A stretch of DNA of 64,000 nt from an uncultured Dactylococcopsis sp. GTDB lineage: Bacteria > Cyanobacteriota > Cyanobacteriia > Cyanobacteriales > Rubidibacteraceae. Below, one piece after another: positions 31,052 to 41,283 of this stretch (position 1 is the first letter of the stretch; each line of letters starts with the position of its first letter). The stretch covers positions 1,525-65,524 of the forward strand of contig CAZBPR010000001.1 in the NCBI GenBank assembly GCA_964493825.1, read 5' to 3'. The notes under the pieces are model-generated. The model searched no databases. It worked only from the letters and a program-made list of their open reading frames with translations, and had not been told where the DNA came from. Position numbers and translations under genes: made by a program.

Positions 31052-31774
31052 TTAACAACCTCCCACTTGTAATAACTGTTCAATTTCGGTTTGGCAATAG
31101 CGGGTAATTTCCACAATGCCCTTCTTGGTTTGTTTGCCTTGATATTGGGCTTGACGTTTGGGTGTGATCCAATAAGGACGACCAATCAGCAAATTGGCTC
31201 GTTCATAGACTACCATTGGGTGCAACGCCCACTGGTTAAATAGGGCTTCTGAGGGATCAAACCAGTGTAATATCTTTAGAGGAATGGTTGCGGTTACTTG
31301 TTCTTGCTGCGACGCGATCGCGACCGGTAAAACCGCTAAATTTGAAAGATTAGCACGTAACAGTAAATGAGCAAATCCGGGTTGGAAGGGGCGCATTTCA
31401 CTAGGGGCCGTTAAATCGACCATGGGTTCCGCCCCTTCCGGAAAGACAGCTAACCAATTATTGGCACTGAGCAATTGTTTGCCTTCGCGAACAAATGTCG
31501 GACCCCGTTCTGATTGATTGGCCAAAGGGAAACAACCGAGTAACGTCACCATTTCTCTTAAGAAGGGCACTTGTCCCATATAGTGATGGCAAGCTGTGCG
31601 TAACGGGTGCCCCAATCCCACCATTAGCATCATGGGATCCATAAAACTCCGATGGTTGCTCACGACGACCACCGCAGCGTCGTGAGGAATGCGGTTTTCA
31701 AAATAAACAAAAACTTGTGTTCCCAAGGCTTGCAGTAACCCCTGAGAGAGATTGAGCGGTCGATTAGATACCAT
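31052..31774 (-). CDS. PlsC-like lysophospholipid acyltransferase family protein
   Basis: SNHRSFMD (HX4D) and FPEG motifs; start could be 31774 or 31795. Confidence 0.85.
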   Translation of the reverse strand: MVSNRPLNLSQGLLQALGTQVFVYFENRIPHDAAVVVVSNHRSFMDPMMLMVGLGHPLRTACHHYMGQVPFLREMVTLLGCFPLANQSERGPTFVREGKQLLSANNWLAVFPEGAEPMVDLTAPSEMRPFQPGFAHLLLRANLSNLAVLPVAIASQQEQVTATIPLKILHWFDPSEALFNQWALHPMVVYERANLLIGRPYWITPKRQAQYQGKQTKKGIVEITRYCQTEIEQLLQVGGC

Positions 31775-32146
31775 GACCTTCCTTGGAATAAGCAACCATA
31801 ACTTAAAGAATCTTAACGTTTTATTTCAATGTTAGCGAATTTTTTAATTATTTTTACAACTGATTGAATTGACGTTACCTCTAACATCTCTTAAGGTAGA
31901 GCTATTATTTCTTACGTTTCGCTATAATTTCATTTGATTTGATTGTAAAATTAAATCATCATAAGACCAAGTTATAAAATCTATAAGTGGGATCAATATA
32001 GGAAATCAAAACTTAAAAAATATTGAAATCCTGTTGTTTCTCTCATTCAAAATCCCTCTAAAAAACCCTTTTAATAACTCTCAAATCCCTATTCTTGTCC
32101 CCTTAATTACAACGTGGAGCCGATAATAAAAATCTAATACATTTGT

Positions 32147-33751
32147 ATGGCAGAACAAAAATCAAATAACACCTTTTCTTTAACAACCCCTCTTTATTAC
32201 GTTAATGACGTTCCCCATATTGGTAGTGCTTATACGACAATGGCGGCGGACGCGATCGCGCGCTTTCAACGGCTACAGGGGAAAGACGTTTTATTCATTA
32301 CCGGCACCGATGAACACGGACAAAAAATTCAACGGACTGCCGAAGAAAAAGGGCTTTCTCCCCAAGAACAATGCGACAAAGTTGCCGCTAGTTTCGATCA
32401 TTTGTGGCAAAAGCTAAACATTCAATATAATCGCTTTAGTCGCACCACCTCGGAACGTCATGAAGCAATTGTTAAAGAATTTTTCCAACGGGTTTGGGAA
32501 AATAATGATATCTATCTCGCTCAAAAACAAGGTTGGTACTGCGTTTCTTGTGAAGAGTTTAAAGAAGAAAGAGAACTTATTGACGAGGGATATTGTCCGA
32601 TCCACATTAATAAAAAAGCAGAATGGCGGGATGAAGAAAACTACTTTTTTCGCCTTTCTAAATACCAACAAGAACTAGAAACCCTTTATCAGACCCATCC
32701 TGACTTCATCCAACCCAGTAGCCGTCGCAAGGAAGTGTTGAACTTTGTCCAACAAGGGCTGCAAGATTTTTCCATTTCTCGGGTCAATCTTGATTGGGGC
32801 ATTGAAGTCCCCACCGATCCTAAACACACCATTTATGTATGGTTTGATGCCCTCCTCGGGTATGTCACTGCCCTGCTTGATCCCCAACAAGAACCGACCC
32901 TAGACAATGCCCTTTCTCGCTGGTGGCCCATGGATATCCATCTCATCGGGAAAGATATCTTACGCTTCCATGCGGTTTATTGGCCAGCCATGTTGATGTC
33001 GGCTGGAGTAGCGCCGCCGCAAAAAGTCTTTGGTCACGGCTTTTTAACTAAAGATGGACAAAAAATGGGAAAAAGCCTAGGCAATACTCTCGATCCCATT
33101 GCGTTGCTCGATCGCTATGGTGCCGATGCCGTTCGTTATTATTTTCTGCGAGAAATTGAATTTGGGCAAGATGGCGACTTCAATGAAACCCGTTTTGTCA
33201 ATGTCTTGAACGCTGATCTCGCGAATGATTTTGGGAACTTACTCAATCGCACCCTGAAAATGGCGAAAAAATACTGTGGTAATCAAGTGCCGAACTTAAA
33301 AGGAGAAGCAATTCCTGCGGATCATCCGTTGAAAGCCATCGGCACTGACCTCAGCGATCGCGTGAGCAATGCTTATCATAATCTCAGTTTTAGCCAAGCC
33401 TGTAAAGCAATTATTAATCTGGTTACCACCAGCAACAAATATATTGATGAACAAGCGCCTTGGAGTTTATATAAACAAGGGGAACAAACGCAACTGGAAC
33501 TAGTCCTTTATAGTATTCTCGAATCGATTCGTTTAAGTGCGTATCTTCTGTCTCCCATTACACCAACGCTAAGCACTGAAATTTATCAGCAACTGGGATT
33601 TACAATCGACTTTAATCAACCTTCATCTTTTAATCAAAAAACATCTTTCAAAACCCATCAATGTTGGGGAATTTTACCTCCTCTACAACCGCTGGGAGAA
33701 GCTAAACCCGTATTTTTACGGTTAGAACTTCCTGAAGAAAATCCGTTATAA
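32147..33751 (+). CDS. metG: Methionine--tRNA ligase
   Basis: YVNDVPHIGSAY, GTDEHGQK, YVWFDAL and KMGKS motifs. Confidence 0.98.
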   Translation: MAEQKSNNTFSLTTPLYYVNDVPHIGSAYTTMAADAIARFQRLQGKDVLFITGTDEHGQKIQRTAEEKGLSPQEQCDKVAASFDHLWQKLNIQYNRFSRTTSERHEAIVKEFFQRVWENNDIYLAQKQGWYCVSCEEFKEERELIDEGYCPIHINKKAEWRDEENYFFRLSKYQQELETLYQTHPDFIQPSSRRKEVLNFVQQGLQDFSISRVNLDWGIEVPTDPKHTIYVWFDALLGYVTALLDPQQEPTLDNALSRWWPMDIHLIGKDILRFHAVYWPAMLMSAGVAPPQKVFGHGFLTKDGQKMGKSLGNTLDPIALLDRYGADAVRYYFLREIEFGQDGDFNETRFVNVLNADLANDFGNLLNRTLKMAKKYCGNQVPNLKGEAIPADHPLKAIGTDLSDRVSNAYHNLSFSQACKAIINLVTTSNKYIDEQAPWSLYKQGEQTQLELVLYSILESIRLSAYLLSPITPTLSTEIYQQLGFTIDFNQPSSFNQKTSFKTHQCWGILPPLQPLGEAKPVFLRLELPEENPL

Positions 33752-33856
33752 ACTTACATCTACTGTCAATTTTGGGTAAGGTAGATGTACATCACCTTTT
33801 TATAAATCAACTTTTTTCATAAACTGGCTTAATTAAATAAAAATGAGGATAAAAAA

Positions 33857-34477
33857 ATGTTGGAAAACTTTGATCACGATCCGGTGTTTACACCGAAGCA
33901 AATTTTAGAGAATCGTGGTCGGGTTGCGATTTTTATTGATGGATCTAACTTGTTTTATGCCGCTTTACAGCTCGGTATAGAAATAGATTACACAAAATTA
34001 TTATCTTGCCTGACCTCTGGTTCTCGTTTATTACGTTCCTTTTTTTACACGGGCGTTGATTCTACCAATGAAAAGCAACAGGGCTTTTTACTCTGGATGC
34101 GTCGCAATGGCTATCGCGTCATTGCTAAAGATTTAGTTCAACTTCCCGATGGTTCCAAAAAAGCGAATTTAGATGTAGAAATTGCTGTTGATATGATGGC
34201 TTTAGTTGGGGCATACGATACAGCAATTTTAGTCAGTGGTGATGGCGATTTAGCATATGCCGTTGATGCGGTCAGCTATCGTGGGGCAAGAGTGGAAGTA
34301 GTCAGCTTGCGTTCGATGACAAGCGATAGTCTGATTAATGTCGCTGATCGATATATCGACTTGGATCAAATTCAAGAAGATATCCAAAAAGACCCCAAGT
34401 CTCATAGTCCGAATTCTTCTCATCCTCCCTATCGCCCGTTACCGACCCTAATTTTTGATGAAGACGCTTCTGGATAA
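33857..34477 (+). CDS. NYN-domain LabA-like protein (LalA-like)
   Basis: IFIDGSNLFY, KANLDVEIAVD and SGDGD motifs. Confidence 0.85.
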   Translation: MLENFDHDPVFTPKQILENRGRVAIFIDGSNLFYAALQLGIEIDYTKLLSCLTSGSRLLRSFFYTGVDSTNEKQQGFLLWMRRNGYRVIAKDLVQLPDGSKKANLDVEIAVDMMALVGAYDTAILVSGDGDLAYAVDAVSYRGARVEVVSLRSMTSDSLINVADRYIDLDQIQEDIQKDPKSHSPNSSHPPYRPLPTLIFDEDASG

Positions 34478-35651
34478 TGATTTTTTAGCAACCCTGATTT
34501 CTTTCCGGTTGCTGTTGCAGAAGACAACCGCTTGGATTTTAATCGGGGTGCTTTTTTATAGTCTCTCTGCTTGTCGGAATAACCAACCGGTGGCTGATCC
34601 CGAATCAGATCCGACAACAGAAGAAGAAACTATTGAAGAACGATTAATTTTAGAAAATGCCACGTTAAATCAAGTTGATTCTGAGGGGAACACCCTCTGG
34701 AAACTGGAAGTGAAACGGGTCGTTTATCGTCAAGATAATCAAAATGCAGAACTCGAAGCTGTTACGGGTGAACTGTATGAAGAGGGAGAAGTGTTCCTTA
34801 AGATACAAGCCAACCAAGGTAAAATTATTAATGATGGAACACAGGTTAATTTGGCAGGAGAAGTAGTCGCGACCGATCCTCGTAATGGTGCAACTTTAAA
34901 TACCGAGAAAGTTGAATGGTCACCGGAAAATCGGCTATTGCTGATTCCGCAGCCGTTAAGCGGTCAGCACCCTCGCTTTAATGTTACTGCCAATCGCGGG
35001 AAATACTATACCGATCAAGAAGAATTAGAGTTAATTGGCAATGTAGAAGGAATTTCTGAAGATCCCCCACTCCAGTTACAGGGAGACCAATTAAATTGGT
35101 TAATTTCCCAAGAAGTGGTTCGGAGTCAACAGCCTTTACAAGTGGATCGCTATGATCCCGCAACGGAAACAATCAGCGATCGCGTTACGGCAAATTCGGG
35201 TGAAGTAAAGTTAGGGGAAAAAATCGTTTTCCTCGAAGATAATGTAGAATTTAAGTCTAGCGATCCTCCCCTCCAAGCGGCGAGTAATGCCATTACTTGG
35301 GATATCGACAAAAAAGTGATTACCAGTAGTCAACCGATTCAAGTGGTGCAAACCGAGGACAATCTTACTCTCACCGGGAATCAAGGCATAATTGATTTAA
35401 ATCGCGAAGTTGCTCAATTTCAAGGGGGAGTCAAAGGGGTTAGTCAAGGTAACCAAGCGACTCTCTTTGCCAATCGTCTGCGCTGGAATCTGCCGACACA
35501 AGAAATGGAAGCAGAAGGCAACGTTATTTATCAACAAAGTGATCCACCTCTGACCACGAAAGGCGAAAAAGCCAGCGGTATTTTAAGTCAAGAGAATATT
35601 GTCGTTCAAGGCAATCAAGAACAAAGAGTCACAACAGAAATTGTCCCTTAA
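34455..35651 (+). CDS. lptC: LPS export periplasmic protein LptC-like (long cyanobacterial form)
   Basis: Lipobox LSAC and repeated beta-jellyroll segments (A..G, L.W, L.GNV). Confidence 0.72.
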   Translation: MMKTLLDNDFLATLISFRLLLQKTTAWILIGVLFYSLSACRNNQPVADPESDPTTEEETIEERLILENATLNQVDSEGNTLWKLEVKRVVYRQDNQNAELEAVTGELYEEGEVFLKIQANQGKIINDGTQVNLAGEVVATDPRNGATLNTEKVEWSPENRLLLIPQPLSGQHPRFNVTANRGKYYTDQEELELIGNVEGISEDPPLQLQGDQLNWLISQEVVRSQQPLQVDRYDPATETISDRVTANSGEVKLGEKIVFLEDNVEFKSSDPPLQAASNAITWDIDKKVITSSQPIQVVQTEDNLTLTGNQGIIDLNREVAQFQGGVKGVSQGNQATLFANRLRWNLPTQEMEAEGNVIYQQSDPPLTTKGEKASGILSQENIVVQGNQEQRVTTEIVP

Positions 35652-35673
35652 TCGGGAAAGTCAATTCAAAACT

Positions 35674-37395
35674 TTAAAATCCTAAATCGGCTTTGGCTGC
35701 ATCAGCAGCTTCAAATAATTCATCATCCGCCATTTCTTGCCAATCGGGATCGGCAATTTCCGCGTAGAAGGTTTGATTAAAGGCACGCGTCCGCACAACT
35801 ACCGGCATTGGTACAGCGTGACCTAAAATTAAGGCTTGTTGTTTGGAATCAAGTTTAGCCAAAACCGACCGTAAGTTAGCCCCACCGGAAACCCCAGTAA
35901 AAATGGCATCAATATCTTTTTCATCGTTCAGTAAACAGGTGACACGGGTTCCCACTTGTGACATCACCTCGGGGTCAATGCCAGAGGGACGTTGATCAAC
36001 AACGAGTAGCGTGACAAAATATTTACGCATTTCCCGCGCGATCGTCCCAAAAATCGTTTGTTGAACCGTTGCTGAATCCAGGAAACGATGGGCTTCCTCA
36101 ATGGTGATGACCAGTTGGCGCGGACGTAAACTCGGATTTTTCGATTGAAGAAAGTCCTCGGATTTTTTCACATAAGAAGCGTGAATGCGTCGCGTAATCA
36201 TGTTGGTCGCCAGCATATAGGACAACATATTCGATTGCGACCCAAATTCGACAACGACGTGCTTACCCGCATCTAAAGATTGTAGAATTTGATCGATGTA
36301 GTTGTGAGGACAAGTGGATCGGATATATTTTAAGCCCTCTAGGCGCATTAATTTCCGTTGCAAGGCACTAATTGACCCTTTATGTCCCTGCTTCTGTTCA
36401 CAAAATTCCTGAATTTCCTCATTACTCATCGTAATCAGTTGCGTAATCCAGTGTTTTCCAAACTCGGAATATAAAATTTGGGCGTTGTCTAACGCTGCTT
36501 CCGATAATCCTAATTCTTGTCCTACCAAGCGCAGGTCTTCAATGGTAATTTGATCATAACTGAGATAGAGTTCTTGGGCGTCATTGACACCGCGACGTTT
36601 GGTGGAGTCCGGATCAAGGGTATAAATTTCGACTTGTCCGGGAAAGAGTTGTCGCAATCCTTTAACGGTATTAAAGCCTTTTCCTTCTTGAATCGCTTCC
36701 CATCCGTATTCCGAGTGCATATCAAAAATGAGATTGACTGCTGCTTGTTGGCGGATAATTCCAGAGAGTAATAGGCGGGTGAGAAAGGATTTTCCCGTTC
36801 CCGATTTCCCAAAAATCCCGTTACTGCGTTCCACAAAGGTTTCTAAGTTGAGACAAATGGGAACCTCCATATCTAAAGGTTGTCCCACCGAAAAGTTTTT
36901 TCGCATCGGGTCATCTTCCCAACCAAATACCGCCCGAAAATCGGCTTCACTCGCTTCATGAACCTGGCTAAAATGACTGGGAATCGTCTTCACCGGTAAC
37001 AGTTCCATATCCGTACTCGTCTGGGCTTGATAGGATGCGAGCGGACTTTTCCCGTTCTGTTCTTGTGGCTTGGGTAGCGTTTTCTTGCCCTCCGAATCGG
37101 TAAACATCAACATGGGAGAGAGTTCAATGGTTCCGTACGTACTGCTTCCTGCTAAGACTTGTCGCAGTAAATCATCTCCTGGTGAGGGGGGATCCGAGAC
37201 AATACGACTACTTGAAGTTCCTAAAGACACATCGGTGAGGAGACAGAAAAAGCGCGATCGCGTTCCTTGGACGACTAAAAATTTTCCCACTCGCATCTCT
37301 TCTACAGAGACATCAGGATGGAGTCGCACTTCTAAGCCTTCGGTGAGAGACCCCCCTACCACTGAACCAAGAGGAGAAGACAATTGTTCTTCCAT
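35674..37395 (-). CDS. HerA/DUF87 family ATPase
   Basis: N-terminal HAS-barrel-like region, GKSGTGKS, FDMHSEY, IEEAHRF, IAREMRK and DQRPS motifs. Confidence 0.85.
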   Translation of the reverse strand: MEEQLSSPLGSVVGGSLTEGLEVRLHPDVSVEEMRVGKFLVVQGTRSRFFCLLTDVSLGTSSSRIVSDPPSPGDDLLRQVLAGSSTYGTIELSPMLMFTDSEGKKTLPKPQEQNGKSPLASYQAQTSTDMELLPVKTIPSHFSQVHEASEADFRAVFGWEDDPMRKNFSVGQPLDMEVPICLNLETFVERSNGIFGKSGTGKSFLTRLLLSGIIRQQAAVNLIFDMHSEYGWEAIQEGKGFNTVKGLRQLFPGQVEIYTLDPDSTKRRGVNDAQELYLSYDQITIEDLRLVGQELGLSEAALDNAQILYSEFGKHWITQLITMSNEEIQEFCEQKQGHKGSISALQRKLMRLEGLKYIRSTCPHNYIDQILQSLDAGKHVVVEFGSQSNMLSYMLATNMITRRIHASYVKKSEDFLQSKNPSLRPRQLVITIEEAHRFLDSATVQQTIFGTIAREMRKYFVTLLVVDQRPSGIDPEVMSQVGTRVTCLLNDEKDIDAIFTGVSGGANLRSVLAKLDSKQQALILGHAVPMPVVVRTRAFNQTFYAEIADPDWQEMADDELFEAADAAKADLGF

Positions 37396-37579
37396 AAAGA
37401 ATTCACATCCGGTAACTTGCTGTGATCCTAGCAAGAATATTCTTTATTTCCAAAAAAAAGTCTTTCTTTTCAAGAGGATGAGATCTGCTCTTTAAAAGTT
37501 GGTGATCATTTCATTGCTTCTCTCTCTATTGAATGAATGCTTAATACCAAATCAACTATTTTTTTCAGTACGTCACAAG

Positions 37580-38326
37580 CTAATTTTCTAAATCGCGATA
37601 ATCTTCTTCTTGTAGCTGAATTTCTTGCAGACGATTTTGCAATTTCCAACTATCTCCTGAAAAAACAGCTTCCCGACCTTGTTGATCCCCTAATGCTTGC
37701 AAAATTGACAGAGGAGAAACTCGAAAAATGACACTGGGTAAAGTCAACAAGAAAATGAGTGCTGCTGAGGCGGCATAGAGGACAGAATAAGAAAAAGTGA
37801 ATTGAAATCTATGTTTTAATGGGGAGAAATAAGAAACCTGGTGATCCACGGAATAAACATTTAGCCCTTGTTCTTCAAGCTTATGTATCGCTTCTCTCTT
37901 CCGTTTCAAAAAGATTTGTTGATGTTGATTTAAGCTGAGTTTCAGGGCTTCTAAGTTGCGGCGTTGACCAATCAGAGTTTTTGCTAAAAAGTGATAACGA
38001 TCTTCTTCTTCAAGGATTTCATCAGTTAATGCCGTATATTCTTGACCCATTACTGTTGGTAATTTTCCTCGCAGGTTATCAATTTCATCTAATTTTTGCA
38101 AAACTTCTTCTTCCTGATCGCGAACAAAATTGACAGCCTGTTGTAATGATGCCTCTAACTCATCCACTTTCTTTTCTAAAGCGTCTAAAGGCATTTCCTC
38201 TAAGTGTTGCCAATTGCCCTCTTCTGACTTCAAAACTGTGGGGTCAGAGATTACACCTTCTTGAACAGAAGTCGCTGTCTCTGATGGTTCATCATGGGGT
38301 TGATTAGAGAAACTGTTCATAATCAC
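37580..38326 (-). CDS. Coiled-coil protein with an HmpF-like segment and one TM helix
   Basis: LEEMPLD.L...FVRDQEEE...TLIGQRRNL recalls the HmpF coiled coil; TM segment VLYAASAALIFLLTLPSVIF. Confidence 0.55.
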   Translation of the reverse strand: MIMNSFSNQPHDEPSETATSVQEGVISDPTVLKSEEGNWQHLEEMPLDALEKKVDELEASLQQAVNFVRDQEEEVLQKLDEIDNLRGKLPTVMGQEYTALTDEILEEEDRYHFLAKTLIGQRRNLEALKLSLNQHQQIFLKRKREAIHKLEEQGLNVYSVDHQVSYFSPLKHRFQFTFSYSVLYAASAALIFLLTLPSVIFRVSPLSILQALGDQQGREAVFSGDSWKLQNRLQEIQLQEEDYRDLEN

Positions 38327-38664
38327 ATTTTGCGGATATCACCTAAAAAGATACCTTGATCTTACTTCAGTAGTTCAGATTAATTTTGACAAATGATATA
38401 CCATCATAGCATTATTTTGCGTATAAATACAGAAAATAATAAGATTACCCATCACATTTGATTGAAGAGAATTTTAATAATAAGAAGGAAAAACTTGATT
38501 GACCAACGGTCAAAGCAGGCACCTTCCGTTTTCCGAAGGCGTAATCTTTGACTTGAAACTTAGTTTTCCCTAATTGGGTCACGAAAATTGCATTTTGACC
38601 AATAACCAGTCATCAATCATTAGTTATTTCCCCTGATCACTGGTCACTGGTCGCTAGTTTGAGT

Positions 38665-40272
38665 TTACTGTACTGCAGTTGCCGTTTGCGGATTTAATTT
38701 ATTCCCTTCTTTTAGAGAAGCACAAAGACGATTCAGGGCATTAATATAGGCTTGGGCAGAAGCAACAATGACATCCGTATTTGCCGAATGACCGGAGTAA
38801 ACCTTTCCTTCATGACGGAGTCGGATCGTCACTTCGCCAATCGCATCAATCCCAGCCGTTACTGATTTAACCGAATACTCAATCAATTCGTTGGGAACTT
38901 TAACCACCCGATTAATGGCTTCATAAACCGCATCCACAGGACCAGTTCCGATCGCGGCATCAGTTAATTCTTCACCTTGAGGCGTGCGAATGGTAACTGT
39001 AGCCGTAGGACGGGCATGATCCCCACAAGAGACTTGGACTAACTCTAAACCAAAGATATCGGGGGCTTGCTGCGTTTCGTCATTAACAATAGCCTCTAAA
39101 TCCCAATCCGTGACTACTTTTTTCTTATCGGCTAAATCTTTGAAGCGCAAAAAGGCTTTATTTAAGTCCGTTTCAGAGAGTTCATACCCTAAGTCTCGCA
39201 GACGGCTGCCAAAGGCATTGCGTCCTGAATGCTTCCCGAGAACAATTTGATTACTGGTCCAACCAATGGATTCGGCATCCATAATTTCATAAGTTTGCTT
39301 ATGTTTGAGAACGCCATCTTGGTGAATCCCCGATTCGTGGGCAAACGCATTGCCACCGACAATGGCTTTATTGGGTTGGATCGGCATTCCGGTGAGGTTC
39401 GACACCAAACGAGAGGTCTTATAAATTTCTTTGGTGTTGATGCTGGTTAACGGTTCTTCCGAGTCCGGTTCTCGTCCCAAGAAAGGATTATAGAATTGAC
39501 GGCGGACATGGAGGGCCATCACTAATTCTTCAAGGGCAGCATTGCCAGCGCGTTCCCCAATCCCATTAATGGTGCATTCTAACTGTCTGGCTCCATTTTG
39601 AATCGCCGAGAGGAAGTTTGCCACCGCTAAGCCGAGGTCATTGTGTCCGTGAACAGAAATAATCGCTTGTTCGATGTTGGGGACGTTTTCTTTTAAGCCA
39701 CGGATTAAAGCGCCGAATTCTTCAGGTGTGGTGTAGCCGACGGTATCGGGAATATTAATCGTGGTTGCACCAGCCGCGATCGCGCTTTCTACCACTTGAT
39801 ACAGAAATTGCGGATCAGACCGTCCGGCATCTTCTGCGGAAAATTCCACATCATCGGTAAAGGTTTTCGCATACCCGACCATTTTGGGCACTGTTTCTAA
39901 CACTTGTTCCCGCGTCTTCCGCAGCTTATATTCCAAATGAATATCAGAGGTAGCAATAAAGGTATGAATGCGTCCTTTTGCTGCTGGCGCAATGGCTTCT
40001 CCGGCGGCTTTAATATCATTTTCCATGGCTCTAGCTAAGGCGCAAATGGTTGGACCATCTGGAGTTCCCACTGTTTCGGCAATGGCTTTCACCGCTTCAA
40101 AATCTCCCACACTGGAGTAGGGAAACCCTGCCTCAATGACATCAACGCCTAAGCGAGACAACGCGCGAGCTATCGTTAACTTTTCATCTCCATTGAGTGT
40201 TGCGCCTGGAGATTGTTCACCATCGCGCAGTGTCGTATCGAATATTATAATGCGATCGCGTTCGTTACTCAT
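38665..40272 (-). CDS. leuA: 2-isopropylmalate synthase
   Basis: [33 protein letters not shown] and GTGPVDA motifs. Confidence 0.97.
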   Translation of the reverse strand: MSNERDRIIIFDTTLRDGEQSPGATLNGDEKLTIARALSRLGVDVIEAGFPYSSVGDFEAVKAIAETVGTPDGPTICALARAMENDIKAAGEAIAPAAKGRIHTFIATSDIHLEYKLRKTREQVLETVPKMVGYAKTFTDDVEFSAEDAGRSDPQFLYQVVESAIAAGATTINIPDTVGYTTPEEFGALIRGLKENVPNIEQAIISVHGHNDLGLAVANFLSAIQNGARQLECTINGIGERAGNAALEELVMALHVRRQFYNPFLGREPDSEEPLTSINTKEIYKTSRLVSNLTGMPIQPNKAIVGGNAFAHESGIHQDGVLKHKQTYEIMDAESIGWTSNQIVLGKHSGRNAFGSRLRDLGYELSETDLNKAFLRFKDLADKKKVVTDWDLEAIVNDETQQAPDIFGLELVQVSCGDHARPTATVTIRTPQGEELTDAAIGTGPVDAVYEAINRVVKVPNELIEYSVKSVTAGIDAIGEVTIRLRHEGKVYSGHSANTDVIVASAQAYINALNRLCASLKEGNKLNPQTATAVQ

Positions 40273-40316
40273 AGATTATTTTCTAACAATTAAGCACACT
40301 GTTTTGATCTTCAATT

Positions 40317-40832
40317 TTAATCGATCTTTTCAATACTTTCTCGAATATCATTGAGGTCAATATAGCGGTCGGTTGCATTACGCAGTTCCCGGGCAATCAT
40401 TCCTTCGGTCGAAACAACAGTAATATGGGTATTTTTTGACCGTAATAGCTCGATCGCGCGTTCAAAGTCGCCATCCCCGCTAAATAAGATCACGCGATTA
40501 TACTGCTCAACTGTATTAAACATATCAATAACAATTTCTATATCTAAATTTGCTTTTTGCGAATAGCGACCGGATACGTCATCATAATACTCTTTTAATA
40601 TTTTTGTGCGTACCGTATAACCTAAACTAATCAAGGCATCACGAAACCCTCTTTGATCTTGAGAATCTTTTAATCCCGTGTACCAAAATGCATTGACAAA
40701 ACTAATCGTCGGTTCATTTTTAAAATAATCTAAAACCCGCCTTGGATCGAAAAACCAACCATTTTTTTGTTGAGCATAAAACATATTATTTCCGTCCACA
40801 AAAATTGAGAGACGGTTCGGATTACAATTCAT
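40317..40832 (-). CDS. labA: Circadian output regulator LabA (NYN domain)
   Basis: IFVDGNNMFYAQQKNGWFFDPRRVL...SGDGDFERAIELLR...ARELRNATDRYIDL. Confidence 0.88.
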   Translation of the reverse strand: MNCNPNRLSIFVDGNNMFYAQQKNGWFFDPRRVLDYFKNEPTISFVNAFWYTGLKDSQDQRGFRDALISLGYTVRTKILKEYYDDVSGRYSQKANLDIEIVIDMFNTVEQYNRVILFSGDGDFERAIELLRSKNTHITVVSTEGMIARELRNATDRYIDLNDIRESIEKID

Positions 40833-41283
40833 AATAAAAACACTAATTATTTACAATAAATCGAGCTTAATTATTAACCGTTAAAACCTCGCTTTTGTTC
40901 ATCAATTTCTAAACAAAAGCAGGCTCAGCTGTGCTTCCCTTTCTCTCTAGATTGAATCTAGAAGGCATAGAAGCTCAACTGTATTAGCGAATTAACACAT
41001 AATCAAAGAGTAGCAAGCCCAATTATTATCACTGGCAGCAAAAGCCATTAGTAAGATAAAAATTACGCTTAAATAAAATGAAAATAATTGTAGTCATTTA
41101 GCAACAATAAGTAATAAGTTTTCAACCGAATTAAAGCAATAATAAATGAATAAAGAGCTAGCCTTCTAAACTAAAATATAAAGATCCACTTCCGCATTCG
41201 GAAGCAAGGGAAAAGAGTTAACCCAATTAGGGTCAAACGTTCCCTAATCCATGATACCTAATTTTTTTCGATAGAGTAGAATA

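Noticed and set aside
33756-33790. Inverted repeat TACATCTAC...GTAGATGTA after metG
   Set aside because: Large loop and no adjacent U-tract, so too weak to call as a terminator or operator.
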